A stretch of DNA of 64,000 nt from a candidate division WWE3 bacterium (GTDB taxonomy: Bacteria > Patescibacteriota > WWE3 > UBA101185 > UBA10185). Positions 29,747-39,354 of this stretch are shown here, piece after piece. A program made the translations under genes and the position numbers. The notes beneath the pieces are model-generated. The model was not told the DNA's origin. It was given only the letters and a program-made list of their open reading frames with translations, and did no database searches. The stretch covers positions 233,569 to 297,568 of the forward strand of contig JBPOHV010000001.1 of the NCBI GenBank assembly GCA_052035175.1, given 5' to 3'. Within the stretch, counting starts at the first letter, position 1. Each line of letters opens with the position of its first letter.

Positions 29747-30940
29747 ATGAAAATTCTTGATTTATCCAAAGAACAGCCTTCTATATCTTCAATTTCTGAA
29801 ACTCACGTGCAGCATCATCCAAGACTACGCGCAGTTTTAATCATTTTATTGGTTAATATACTTGTATTTGGTGTAGGTGCTTTTATTTGGGTTGTTGTTT
29901 TGAAAAAGACTCCAAATACTATATTGAACCCATTAGCAAATGATTCTATCAACGTTACAGATAAATCTAATAAAGTACAAAATCCAATAACGGGTGAATT
30001 ATCAGAAGAGTTTCAAGCCTTAGCTTGGAAAGATTTACGTCCGTTGGGGGTTATGGTTAACAATTATGTTGATGCAAGACCACAGTCAGGTTTGATTGAT
30101 GCTGATGTGGTTTATGAAATAGTTGCGGAAGGTGGTATTACAAGATTCTTAGCTTTTTACTTATCTAAAACTCCAGAAAAGATAGGACCGGTGCGCAGTA
30201 CACGCGAGTACTATTTAGTTTTAGTGAAAGAGTTGGGAGATGCAATGCTCATGCATATTGGATGGTCACCACAAGCTTTGGAAGCTATCGAAACTTGGCC
30301 GGTTCGCAGTCTTGGTCGTGGTGGTGGTAGCTTTTGGCGAGATCAAGCGAGAATAGATGCGGGTGTTGCTATCGAACATACAGCATATGTCAACGGAAAT
30401 GACTTACGTGTAGTAGGTGATAGCCTTGGTTGGCAAGGAAAACGTGATTTTCAGACTTATAAGTTTAAAGATATAGAAAATATAGATAAAACCCGCCCAT
30501 GTTTGATAGGTGAGTGCTCATCAATTTCAATAGATTTTTGGTATGCAGGAGATTATTCTGCAATATGGAATTACAATCGTGAGGCCAATACTTATTTGCG
30601 ATCTGCTGGTTATGATTCAGACAACAAGCCTATACCACATTTAGATCAAGAAACTAACAAACAAATAGAAATAAAGAATCTTATTGTTCAATTTGTACCA
30701 GAAGTTGCTATAGAGGGTGATGATAAAAATAGATTGACGTATGAGTTGGTTGGTACAGGCTCGGGTATAGTTTTTATAGATGGTAAAGCTATAGAAGTAA
30801 CATGGAGAAAAGACGAACGCGATAGTCGCACATTATTTTATGACACAAATGGAAATGAGGTAGAGTTTAATCGTGGTAAGTTTTGGGTAAGCATAGTACC
30901 CGATAGAAATGTTTCACAAGTAGTGTATACTTCGCAGTAA
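29747..30940 (+). CDS. DUF3048-family membrane-anchored protein
   Basis: ARPQSGL, AEGGITRF and IGPVRSTR; start chosen at ATG 29747 after TATAAT. Confidence 0.8.
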   Translation: MKILDLSKEQPSISSISETHVQHHPRLRAVLIILLVNILVFGVGAFIWVVVLKKTPNTILNPLANDSINVTDKSNKVQNPITGELSEEFQALAWKDLRPLGVMVNNYVDARPQSGLIDADVVYEIVAEGGITRFLAFYLSKTPEKIGPVRSTREYYLVLVKELGDAMLMHIGWSPQALEAIETWPVRSLGRGGGSFWRDQARIDAGVAIEHTAYVNGNDLRVVGDSLGWQGKRDFQTYKFKDIENIDKTRPCLIGECSSISIDFWYAGDYSAIWNYNREANTYLRSAGYDSDNKPIPHLDQETNKQIEIKNLIVQFVPEVAIEGDDKNRLTYELVGTGSGIVFIDGKAIEVTWRKDERDSRTLFYDTNGNEVEFNRGKFWVSIVPDRNVSQVVYTSQ

Positions 30941-30942
30941 GT

Positions 30943-31527
30943 ATGTTAAATGAAATTTTAATATCAAAAGTAAGAGTAGATATACTAAGGCTTTTTATAT
31001 TGAATCCCACAAAAAGCTATCATGTTCGCGCAGTAGTGCGTGAAGTTGGCGCAGAGATAAATGCTGTACGTCGAGAACTTTTACGTCTGGAAAATATTAA
31101 TTTGTTACGCAAAAGGCAAAGCAGCAATAGATTATATTATGTTGTAAATGTAGATCATCCATTCTTTTCTGATTTACTTTCGATGTATGGCAAAGAAGAA
31201 GGTCTTGGTGCTCTTTTATTAAAAAACATGAAACACCTTGGAAATGTAGAGTTTGCTTTTTTGGCAAAAGCTTTTTTGGGTGGGCGTGTTTCGACACCTT
31301 TGGATGTAGATTTATTTATTGTTGGAAATAAGGTTAATCTTGAAGTGCTAAAAAATTTAATTTCACAATTTGAATCTTCTTCTGGTAAAGAAATAAATTA
31401 TAGCGTTATGACCAACGACGAATTTTTACAAAGAAAACGCAAGATGGATAATTTTGTAACTAAACTTTTGATTCAGGGTCGCGTAATGCTTCAAGGCAAC
31501 GAAACCGATTTAGCTTCGATGATTTAA
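30943..31527 (+). CDS. winged-helix protein with degenerate nucleotidyltransferase-like C-terminal domain
   Basis: N-terminal HTH (HVRAVVR..INAVRREL) and DVDLFIVG. Confidence 0.7.
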   Translation: MLNEILISKVRVDILRLFILNPTKSYHVRAVVREVGAEINAVRRELLRLENINLLRKRQSSNRLYYVVNVDHPFFSDLLSMYGKEEGLGALLLKNMKHLGNVEFAFLAKAFLGGRVSTPLDVDLFIVGNKVNLEVLKNLISQFESSSGKEINYSVMTNDEFLQRKRKMDNFVTKLLIQGRVMLQGNETDLASMI

Positions 31528-31530
31528 TTC

Positions 31531-33180
31531 TTGTGGTATGCTTTTTGTGTGAAACGATGGAATATTAAAGGTGAATTTGATTCTTCTCAAGATCTACTAA
31601 CTCAGCTTCTTAAGTTACGAAATTTATCAGACACTTCAGACTTTTTATCAGATAAAACTTTTGAAGAGTATACAAAAGAATTTTCTACAGAGTTCATTTC
31701 ACAATTACAAAAAGCATCTGCTTTAATTTTAGAACATATAAAAAATGGTACACCCATAATTATTCACGGTGATTATGATGCAGATGGCATTATGTCGACG
31801 ACAATTTTATATAAAGCTTTGAAAACACATCTTGAATATAACAACGTGTACTATTTTATTCCTGATAGATTTAAACATGGTTATGGTTTATCAATGAAAT
31901 CTTGTGATGCAATGTTTGAGATGACAAGCAATCAGCCTTTTTTGTTAATTACAGTAGATTGTGGAATTACTTCTGCAAAAGAAGTCGACTTTTTAAAGTC
32001 AAAAGGTTGCACGGTTATAGTCACAGACCATCATCAAAAACCAGAAACAATCCCGGCATCTGATGCATTAGTTTGGAATGATACTTTGGTAGGAGCTTCG
32101 ATAGCTTTTTTACTTACAAAGTATTTGGACATTAATGATAGCGCTGATATTGCTTATGCAACTGTTGCAACTATTACAGATCTACAAAAGCTAATTGGGT
32201 TTAATCGTGCCTTAGTAAAATCTGGTTTAAAAGTCATCAATAGTAATAAATGCCCAGCCGGGTTGTCTGCTTTATTAGAAATCGCAGGGAAGAAAGATGC
32301 ACAAATTACAGCATATGATATGGGGTGGGTTGTTGGTCCAAGAATAAATGCGACTGGTAGGATAAATACAGCAACAGCAGCGCTAGATTTGTTTTTGTCT
32401 GCGAATATACCAGCTGCATTAGAACACGCCAAAAATTTGCACAGCTTAAATGCTGATAGGCAAGTTTTGACAGAAGAAATGTTTGGTTTGGCAGATGTAG
32501 CTAATGAAGAACCTTTACCTAAAATACTTTTTTCACATAATGTCCAGTATCACGAGGGCATAATTGGTTTAGTCGCTGCAAAACTAGCTCAAAAATATTA
32601 TCGCCCTGCGATTGTAATAAGTATGGAAAATGAAGTAGCAAAAGCGTCTGTGAGATCTGTTCCAGGAGTAAATGTTATTGAGTTCTTAAGAAGTTTAGAT
32701 TTTCAATTTTTAGGGTTAGGAGGTCATCCTATGGCTGCGGGATTTTCTATAGAAAAAGCTAAATTATCAGAATTAGAAGAATGTATAAAAAAAGCATCTG
32801 AACTACAAATATCTGATGAAGTTTTAGTACCAACTGTCTATATAGATATGGTTTTGCCTTTTGAAGAAATATCTCAAGAAATGTTAAATACGTTGTCGGT
32901 TATGGAACCATTTGGCGTAGGAAATGAAGAGCCTACATTTGCTTCAAAAAAAGTAACAATAGGTCGTATTGATAAAGTAGGTACCAATAAAAATCACTTG
33001 TCTTTAGATTTTGTAAGTGACTCGGGGGTTTTGCGAAAAGGTATATTGTTTAATTTGGCAGAAGATTTCAAAGACCTTTATTTAGGCCAAAAAGTAGATA
33101 TCGCTTATAAAGTGCAAAGTAAAGAATATAAAGGTAAAACCTATATAGACCTTGTTCTAAAAGATATTGTTGCTATCTGA
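31531..33180 (+). CDS. recJ: single-stranded DNA exonuclease RecJ
   Basis: GDYDADG, TVDCG, TDHH, PRINATGR and GGHPMAAG. The true start may be GTG 31549. Confidence 0.93.
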   Translation: MWYAFCVKRWNIKGEFDSSQDLLTQLLKLRNLSDTSDFLSDKTFEEYTKEFSTEFISQLQKASALILEHIKNGTPIIIHGDYDADGIMSTTILYKALKTHLEYNNVYYFIPDRFKHGYGLSMKSCDAMFEMTSNQPFLLITVDCGITSAKEVDFLKSKGCTVIVTDHHQKPETIPASDALVWNDTLVGASIAFLLTKYLDINDSADIAYATVATITDLQKLIGFNRALVKSGLKVINSNKCPAGLSALLEIAGKKDAQITAYDMGWVVGPRINATGRINTATAALDLFLSANIPAALEHAKNLHSLNADRQVLTEEMFGLADVANEEPLPKILFSHNVQYHEGIIGLVAAKLAQKYYRPAIVISMENEVAKASVRSVPGVNVIEFLRSLDFQFLGLGGHPMAAGFSIEKAKLSELEECIKKASELQISDEVLVPTVYIDMVLPFEEISQEMLNTLSVMEPFGVGNEEPTFASKKVTIGRIDKVGTNKNHLSLDFVSDSGVLRKGILFNLAEDFKDLYLGQKVDIAYKVQSKEYKGKTYIDLVLKDIVAI

Positions 33181-33227
33181 CAACGCCTATCTACTGATAT
33201 ACGAGCATTTGCTATAATCACCGTATT

Positions 33228-34637
33228 ATGTTGGAAAATCGTACACTTATTTCAGAAACACCAAATAAATCAAGTTCAATTGTAACTCTATATGGGTGGG
33301 TTGATAGCGTGAGAGATCACGGTAAAGTGACTTTTATTGATCTGCGAGATTATTCAGGGATTATTCAATGTGTAGCTGTAGGTAAAATGAAAGACGTTCG
33401 TTCAGAAGATGTAATTTCTCTTATAGGTTTGGTAAAAGCTCGCCCAGCAAACATGGTGAATGCCAATATCCCAACTGGTAGTATCGAGCTTGAGGTTCAA
33501 GAATATACAATTTTGAATGCTTGCAAAGATTTACCAATTCCATTAGACACTTCTGGTTTAGAAATTGAAGAAGAAAAAAGATTCAAGTACAGATATTTGG
33601 ATTTACGCCGAACACGTCTTAGTAAAACTTTGAGAATGCGTTCCGCTTTTATAAAAGGTTTACGCGATTATTTATACACAAAAGATTTTGTAGAAGTCGA
33701 AACGCCTTTGTTAACCAAATCTACAAAAGAAGGTGCGCGTGACTTTATTGTTCCCTCGAGATACCACCCAGGTAAATTTTATGCTTTGCCACAAAGTCCT
33801 CAACAATATAAACAATTGTTGATGACTGCTGGTGTAGAAAAATATTTTCAATTGGCTAAATGTATTCGCGATGAAGATTTGCGTGCTGATCGAGGTTATG
33901 AATTTACTCAACTGGATATTGAGATGAGTTTTGTTGAAATGTCTGATGTAATGCATATTATCGAAGAGTTAGTTAAGTCGGCTATAAAATCTGTGGGTGG
34001 TAAGTTAAAAGACGAAAACTTTCCAGTTGTTCCTTACGATGAGGCTTTGTCAAAATATGGTGCAGATAAATTTGATTTAAGAAATGATCAAGAAAAAGCA
34101 GATGGGGTTTTGGCATTTGCATGGGTAACAGATTTCCCATTTTTCAAAAAAGTAGATCAAACTGATGCTGCAGAAGTAATCGATGGTAAAAGTGGTTGGA
34201 CCTTTACGCACAACCCTTTTAGCATGCCGTACAAAGAGCACGTTCAAAATCATTTAGATCAAAAAGACATAGATAAAATAAGAGTGTACCAATATGACCT
34301 GGTATGTAATGGTTATGAAGTTGGTGGCGGTAGTATTCGCGCGCATGATCCAGAAATTTTAAAAACAACTTTTAAGATAATGGGTTATACAGAAGAAGAA
34401 ATACAACAAAGCATAGGTCATATGTTGGAAGCATTTTCATATGGAACACCACCTCATGGTGGAATTGCGCTGGGTGTAGATAGGTTGGTAATGTTACTCG
34501 CTGGAGAAACTTCTTTGAAAGAAACAATTGCATTTCCAATGTCTTCGAGTGGTAAAACATCTGTGATGGACGCTCCGTCAATTGTTGATGAAACTCAATT
34601 GAAAGAACTTCATATTCGTACAGTAGAAAAAAAATGA
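33228..34637 (+). CDS. aspS: aspartate--tRNA ligase (short, no GAD insertion)
   Basis: YRYLDLR, LPQSPQQYKQ, RDEDLRADR and PPHGGIALGVDR. Confidence 0.93.
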   Translation: MLENRTLISETPNKSSSIVTLYGWVDSVRDHGKVTFIDLRDYSGIIQCVAVGKMKDVRSEDVISLIGLVKARPANMVNANIPTGSIELEVQEYTILNACKDLPIPLDTSGLEIEEEKRFKYRYLDLRRTRLSKTLRMRSAFIKGLRDYLYTKDFVEVETPLLTKSTKEGARDFIVPSRYHPGKFYALPQSPQQYKQLLMTAGVEKYFQLAKCIRDEDLRADRGYEFTQLDIEMSFVEMSDVMHIIEELVKSAIKSVGGKLKDENFPVVPYDEALSKYGADKFDLRNDQEKADGVLAFAWVTDFPFFKKVDQTDAAEVIDGKSGWTFTHNPFSMPYKEHVQNHLDQKDIDKIRVYQYDLVCNGYEVGGGSIRAHDPEILKTTFKIMGYTEEEIQQSIGHMLEAFSYGTPPHGGIALGVDRLVMLLAGETSLKETIAFPMSSSGKTSVMDAPSIVDETQLKELHIRTVEKK

Positions 34638-34695
34638 AGTTAATTCTAGATTGTTATAAATAACTATTTCATAGAATCCAAAAGTGTTTTAACAT

Positions 34696-35772
34696 TTGCA
34701 TATGAATTTTTCGTATGTATTTGTAATAGACTCACTGAGATTTATTCTTATTGATCTACTTAGATGTTTTTCGTACATTTTGTATTTTCCAGATTACCTC
34801 GCGAATTTATCAAAGCGAACTCTATTTTTATCTATGTTAGTGCTTGTTTCTACATTGAGTTTTGGGTATACATATGTGCGTATTTTTAATACATTACGAG
34901 CCTCACAATATTTGGCTGATGGTATTGTGAATAATTTTTATACATTCAATGCCGACATAGCAATTGCAAATGTTGTACTCGGTGCTGCTGATGAAAATGT
35001 AGGTCCTATAAAACTTCAAGACGTTGTGCCTCCTTATGTCACTGCCAGGTCTGTATTTGCAGTAGATAAAAAAACAAATGCAGTTTTGTTTGAACAAGCG
35101 GCGTCAGAAAAACTTGCACCAGCATCTACAGCCAAACTCATGACTGCGTTAGTTAGTTTAGATCTATATGAAGATGAAGAATTGGTTACTGTTCCAAGTG
35201 TTTGCACAACTGTAGATAGTACAAAAGCTTGGTTACCTGCAGGCGATGTTTTTAAATTTAAAGATTTGTTAAATGCATTATTGATTTCTTCTGCTGGCGA
35301 TGCAGCATGCACATTGTCTACAACGAAACTAGGATACGATGCATTTGTCGATAAAATGAATCAAAAAGCTTTGGCACTTGGTATGTCTGACACACATTTT
35401 TCTAACCCTATTGGTTTGGATGGTTTAGATAATTCAAATTATTCTACTGCCGCTGACCTTTACAAATTGGCTTATGCTAGTATGCAAGTAGAAAACATTA
35501 GAAATATAGTTTCTCGTCGAGAGTATAATTTGGCATCGTCGACAAATGATTTCAAAACAAAGTTGCGCACTACCAATCTTTTATTAAACTCTTTGCCAGG
35601 TACTGTGGGTATCAAAACTGGGACAACCCAATCGGCCGGTGAAGTTTTTGTTTATGAGTATTCTTTGGATAATAAAGATATCGTGATCATCGTGATGGGA
35701 AGCAAAGATAGATTTACTGACACAAAGAATATTTTGAACTGGGTTTTACAATCATATTCGTGGGAAGAATGA
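34696..35772 (+). CDS. D-alanyl-D-alanine carboxypeptidase (peptidase S11)
   Basis: PASTAKLMT (SxxK), NPIGLD and KTGTT; start uncertain. Confidence 0.85.
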   Translation: MHMNFSYVFVIDSLRFILIDLLRCFSYILYFPDYLANLSKRTLFLSMLVLVSTLSFGYTYVRIFNTLRASQYLADGIVNNFYTFNADIAIANVVLGAADENVGPIKLQDVVPPYVTARSVFAVDKKTNAVLFEQAASEKLAPASTAKLMTALVSLDLYEDEELVTVPSVCTTVDSTKAWLPAGDVFKFKDLLNALLISSAGDAACTLSTTKLGYDAFVDKMNQKALALGMSDTHFSNPIGLDGLDNSNYSTAADLYKLAYASMQVENIRNIVSRREYNLASSTNDFKTKLRTTNLLLNSLPGTVGIKTGTTQSAGEVFVYEYSLDNKDIVIIVMGSKDRFTDTKNILNWVLQSYSWEE

Positions 35773-35782
35773 TTTTGATTTG

Positions 35783-36838
35783 CTAAAAATACAACATTAC
35801 ACCTTTATTTTTTACTGTAAAAATGAAGTCAGAAATATAACCAGTGTCTCGTATCTTTTCTCTTATTCTAGATATAGTTTTGTATAATGCTTCGAGAGAA
35901 AACTTGTCTAAATTTTCATGCCATACAATATCTCCCAGCGTATCAAATGTAACAATATTTGGTGATTCTTTCATCAGCTTTTGCATCACTTGTACTTCGG
36001 TTGACGTCAGATAGATTTCAGATTCAAATACTGTAAGTATATTACCTTTGATTTCTAGGCCATCTTTTTTTGCAACCGCAAAACCTAGTTTTTGTAAATA
36101 AATATTAGAAGCTTTTTGTGCTTGAAGTATTAATTCTTGTTCGCTAGGTTCTACTATGTCTGTATAACGAATATGTTTACTAAGAGGCGCAAGTACAGAA
36201 AATTTGCGCAAGAAATCTACTAAAAATTGACGAGCTTTCCAATACTCGGGGTTTTGCTCGTCTTTTTTCCAAAGGAGACTCAACACTGTTGCTGCACAAA
36301 TTGGGAATATCGTACTTTCAATAGGAAAGTCTGTTCGATAAGAAAGCCAAAGTTCTAATACATCTTTATCCTTTTTAAAAAAGAAACTGTTTGCACCAAA
36401 TGGCGTAGGTATTATATTGATTTCTACTTTTGTATACGCTTCTTTTACTTCGTAAAAGAAGCTAAAAAATTCAGATAAAACTACTTTATTATTGTCGATG
36501 TAGTCGATTAGTTTTGTCGCATCATAGTGGAAGGTGCTAAACGGATCATTTAAGATAGCCGGACTTTTTTTGTATATTTCAATATCATAAGTAAGAGGTG
36601 AGCTGATATTGCTATCAGAATGTTTTAGAAAATTCCTTTCATTAATTTCGATATCTGTTGTGGGTAAAACAACTTCATATAAATTGTTTAATTTCATTGA
36701 TAGGTCTGTGAGGGTTGGTTTTGGAGAAATGATAAAACCCTTTTTTTGTAAAACTTGGTTTTGGATGTTGCTTAGATAATAGATATAAAGCATTTCCAAG
36801 CGTTCTTTTTCTGATCTTATTTTTACTGATATATCCAC
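35783..36838 (-). CDS. orphan regulator with C-terminal OmpR/PhoB-type winged helix
   Basis: C-terminus LTSTE..VM...VT..L...VW...LYKTISRIREKI...TVKNKG; no receiver domain. Confidence 0.75.
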   Translation of the reverse strand: MDISVKIRSEKERLEMLYIYYLSNIQNQVLQKKGFIISPKPTLTDLSMKLNNLYEVVLPTTDIEINERNFLKHSDSNISSPLTYDIEIYKKSPAILNDPFSTFHYDATKLIDYIDNNKVVLSEFFSFFYEVKEAYTKVEINIIPTPFGANSFFFKKDKDVLELWLSYRTDFPIESTIFPICAATVLSLLWKKDEQNPEYWKARQFLVDFLRKFSVLAPLSKHIRYTDIVEPSEQELILQAQKASNIYLQKLGFAVAKKDGLEIKGNILTVFESEIYLTSTEVQVMQKLMKESPNIVTFDTLGDIVWHENLDKFSLEALYKTISRIREKIRDTGYISDFIFTVKNKGVMLYF

Positions 36839-36858
36839 TACAAAATTATATATTAAAT

Positions 36859-36885
36859 GTGGGCTGTCAGCCCACCGTCAGGCCA
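36859..36885. promoter_or_regulatory. putative operator: 11-bp direct repeat plus overlapping palindrome
   Basis: CTGTCAGCCCA/CCGTCAGGCCA direct repeat and GTGGGCTG-T-CAGCCCAC inverted repeat in a divergent intergenic region. Confidence 0.55.
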
Positions 36886-36938
36886 CACGAGTATATGCAC
36901 CCTATAGTAGTATTACCAATCTAACTAAGGAGTCTGTT

Positions 36939-37355
36939 ATGAACAATCCACTTTATCGTCAGCATTGCATTGTAGCAATGCTCAATCTATTCAACCTTCT
37001 GCCAGAAATATCAGCTAAAAATATAATTTTATGGCTAGATTTATTGGAAGGTGAAAAAGACATACCGCATCTAAAAAGCTTGGTCGCAGCAGTTGGGTCA
37101 AGTGCCATTATAGACTTTATAAAAAGTGATTTTATAAATTATAATGTTGGGCATTTGAACTTAGGCACTATTGCCGATGCCGCAAGTCCTATAACAATGC
37201 TGGGTCCGCTTGGTCCAGACCCACTAACTGCGTATCGCTGGAATCGCTGGATTTTCATTCTGTTCGCTATGAAGTTCCCTGATAAGGTAGAGCAGAGTGA
37301 TTGGCGTGATGAATTGTTTAGTAGAACACCATATTTTAGGGTGACCGGTTTATAG
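36939..37355 (+). CDS. hypothetical protein
   Basis: 138 aa ORF with a clear SD (TAAGGAG) upstream. Confidence 0.65.
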   Translation: MNNPLYRQHCIVAMLNLFNLLPEISAKNIILWLDLLEGEKDIPHLKSLVAAVGSSAIIDFIKSDFINYNVGHLNLGTIADAASPITMLGPLGPDPLTAYRWNRWIFILFAMKFPDKVEQSDWRDELFSRTPYFRVTGL

Positions 37356-37361
37356 TCTTTT

Positions 37362-37431
37362 AACTGTAGGGGAAACCCTTTGCCTGACACATACAGTTTC
37401 TCCGCTTAGCGGGGTTTACGAAACAGGCAAA
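37362..37431 (+). ncRNA. putative structured 3' RNA (pseudoknot or alternative folds)
   Basis: AACTGTA/TACAGTT, GGG-GAAA-CCC, TTTGCCTG/CAGGCAAA and CTCCGC/GCGGGG helices; strand uncertain. Confidence 0.4.
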
Positions 37432-37470
37432 TACTTTATAAACTATTCAATCTCTTGAAGAGCTCTAGCG

Positions 37471-38595
37471 CTACTCAGTCTTTATGAACTCTCTTGTTAT
37501 AGCAGGGAAGTAATAAACAATATTTCCACCTTGGCTAGCAGGACCAGTATAACTTCCTTCAAAAACATAAATCGGTTGTAAATATGTTTGGTCTGAGCTT
37601 TCTGTGTCGTAGTATGCCAAGTAGATATTGTTAATAAAAACATTATCAATTTTCCCATATGTATAAGCAATAAATGGATTTGCATTTTTTGGTTTGACGC
37701 TAGCTACAACACCGTTTCCATCTTGAATTTGTGTCCAAGCTTCTTGTGCTGTGATTATTGGATATGTAGCTTCTTGACCGGTATTTAATTCTCTATAATG
37801 AACGTCTAGATTTGGATAGTTGTATACCGAAGTTTCTTTGGAAGGTATACGTACCCAAATGCGCAAAAGACCTTTATAAAATTCTGGAGTTACTATTGGG
37901 TAGTCATTTACATCTCTAAATAAGTCAACGATAGCGACTTGAGCTTCTCCAGATAAGTTTGTTTCAACAATTGTTTGCCCAGCATACTTTCCCAAAGCAA
38001 CTATTGCCCTGCCTTTTTCGTATTGTGCTTTATCGAGCCTTCCAAGACTTCGCAAAATATTTTTTGCAATTGTAAGTGCTGCAGCTTTACTCAGTCCAGT
38101 TCCTGTATAAAATTGTGGTTTTGTCTTGATATCGTTTTGCATAATCATATCGAGTGTATTTATTTTTATTTCTAGAAATGCGTTTGAACCTATATCTCGC
38201 CATCGATAAACATCACCTTTCAAATCAGTGGTCAAATCTTCTGGCCCAAATCCAAGTAGTGCAGCGTCATCAATAGCTTTTTTCCCTGCAGAGTAGGCGT
38301 AGCCAGCTGCTTTGTATGTATAGACAGGTAACTTTCTTGGAAGATCTGCAGGTAGATCCCCATTTTTTGTGTTGAGTGTGTATTTTACTGTTTTATCGAT
38401 TTCTTTTGATTTAAATTTGATTTGAGGTAAAACTCCATATTTTATTGTGGGAGGGTCTTTTTCTGGGATGAGTACTTTTATCGCGGCTTGTGATAAAGGA
38501 AAAAGTACATAAACAGATAAGTAGTAACTGGCTACAACTCCTACGACTATGTACATGCTTTTTTTAGCAAATTTTGATGTTTCGTAAAGTGTCAT
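37471..38595 (-). CDS. membrane-anchored hypothetical protein
   Basis: N-terminal TM and a YLAYY...YLQPIYVFEG C-terminal motif. Confidence 0.7.
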   Translation of the reverse strand: MTLYETSKFAKKSMYIVVGVVASYYLSVYVLFPLSQAAIKVLIPEKDPPTIKYGVLPQIKFKSKEIDKTVKYTLNTKNGDLPADLPRKLPVYTYKAAGYAYSAGKKAIDDAALLGFGPEDLTTDLKGDVYRWRDIGSNAFLEIKINTLDMIMQNDIKTKPQFYTGTGLSKAAALTIAKNILRSLGRLDKAQYEKGRAIVALGKYAGQTIVETNLSGEAQVAIVDLFRDVNDYPIVTPEFYKGLLRIWVRIPSKETSVYNYPNLDVHYRELNTGQEATYPIITAQEAWTQIQDGNGVVASVKPKNANPFIAYTYGKIDNVFINNIYLAYYDTESSDQTYLQPIYVFEGSYTGPASQGGNIVYYFPAITREFIKTE

Positions 38596-38689
38596 AGCAA
38601 ATGTGTTTAGTTCATATTAGCATAACAAACGTGCTTATTACTTGTATATTTGAAAGCTTTTTGAATATAGCGTAGAATCTGGTCTTGCT

Positions 38690-39322
38690 ATGGCTTCTCA
38701 TATAAAAAAACACTTTATTTTTGATCTTGACGACACTTTGGTGGATGGTAGGTTGTTTTGCGGTGAAACTATGGCAAGAACTGTAGCTTTTTTTGAGCCT
38801 AATGTTGATTCTCAAGCAGTTATAGACTTACATGAAGAGATAAGAGGTAGGACCGTTGTAGATTTGTATGAGGCTGCTATACGTAGATTTGGGTTAACCA
38901 CTCCGCTTAATCTATTATTAGCAAAAGACTCTGAGATTATGTTGGCCGAGTCAGATAAAATTAGAATCTTTGAGGGTGTTATAGAAATTTTAGATTTACT
39001 AAGATCTAGAGGTAAAACACTTCATATTTGTACTAATAGAAAGTCAGACTCGCTGTTACCTATATTGAGAAGCAATGGGTTGGAGAATTACTTTGACAGT
39101 GTTGTCTCCTGTATAGACGCTGGCTATAAAAAACCAGATGCAAAATGTTTGTTGGATATTATGTCTAGAATCGGTGATGATGCAGACTCATATATATATT
39201 TTGGCGATTCTGAGATAGATTACCTTTTTGCTAAAAATGCAGGTATTGAACATATTATCTTCGACCAGTATATGAATGGGAAAAATCTTTTTAAAAAGCT
39301 TATAGACTTATTTTTAATATAA
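38690..39322 (+). CDS. HAD-family phosphatase
   Basis: FDLDDTL, CTNR, KPD and FGDSEID. Confidence 0.9.
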   Translation: MASHIKKHFIFDLDDTLVDGRLFCGETMARTVAFFEPNVDSQAVIDLHEEIRGRTVVDLYEAAIRRFGLTTPLNLLLAKDSEIMLAESDKIRIFEGVIEILDLLRSRGKTLHICTNRKSDSLLPILRSNGLENYFDSVVSCIDAGYKKPDAKCLLDIMSRIGDDADSYIYFGDSEIDYLFAKNAGIEHIIFDQYMNGKNLFKKLIDLFLI

Positions 39323-39354
39323 ACTGTTTTTGCCCATAGTGTAGAATACATGTT

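Noticed and set aside
37362-37431. Hammerhead or HDV ribozyme assignment
   Set aside because: No CUGANGA core, and no room for HDV P3/L3.
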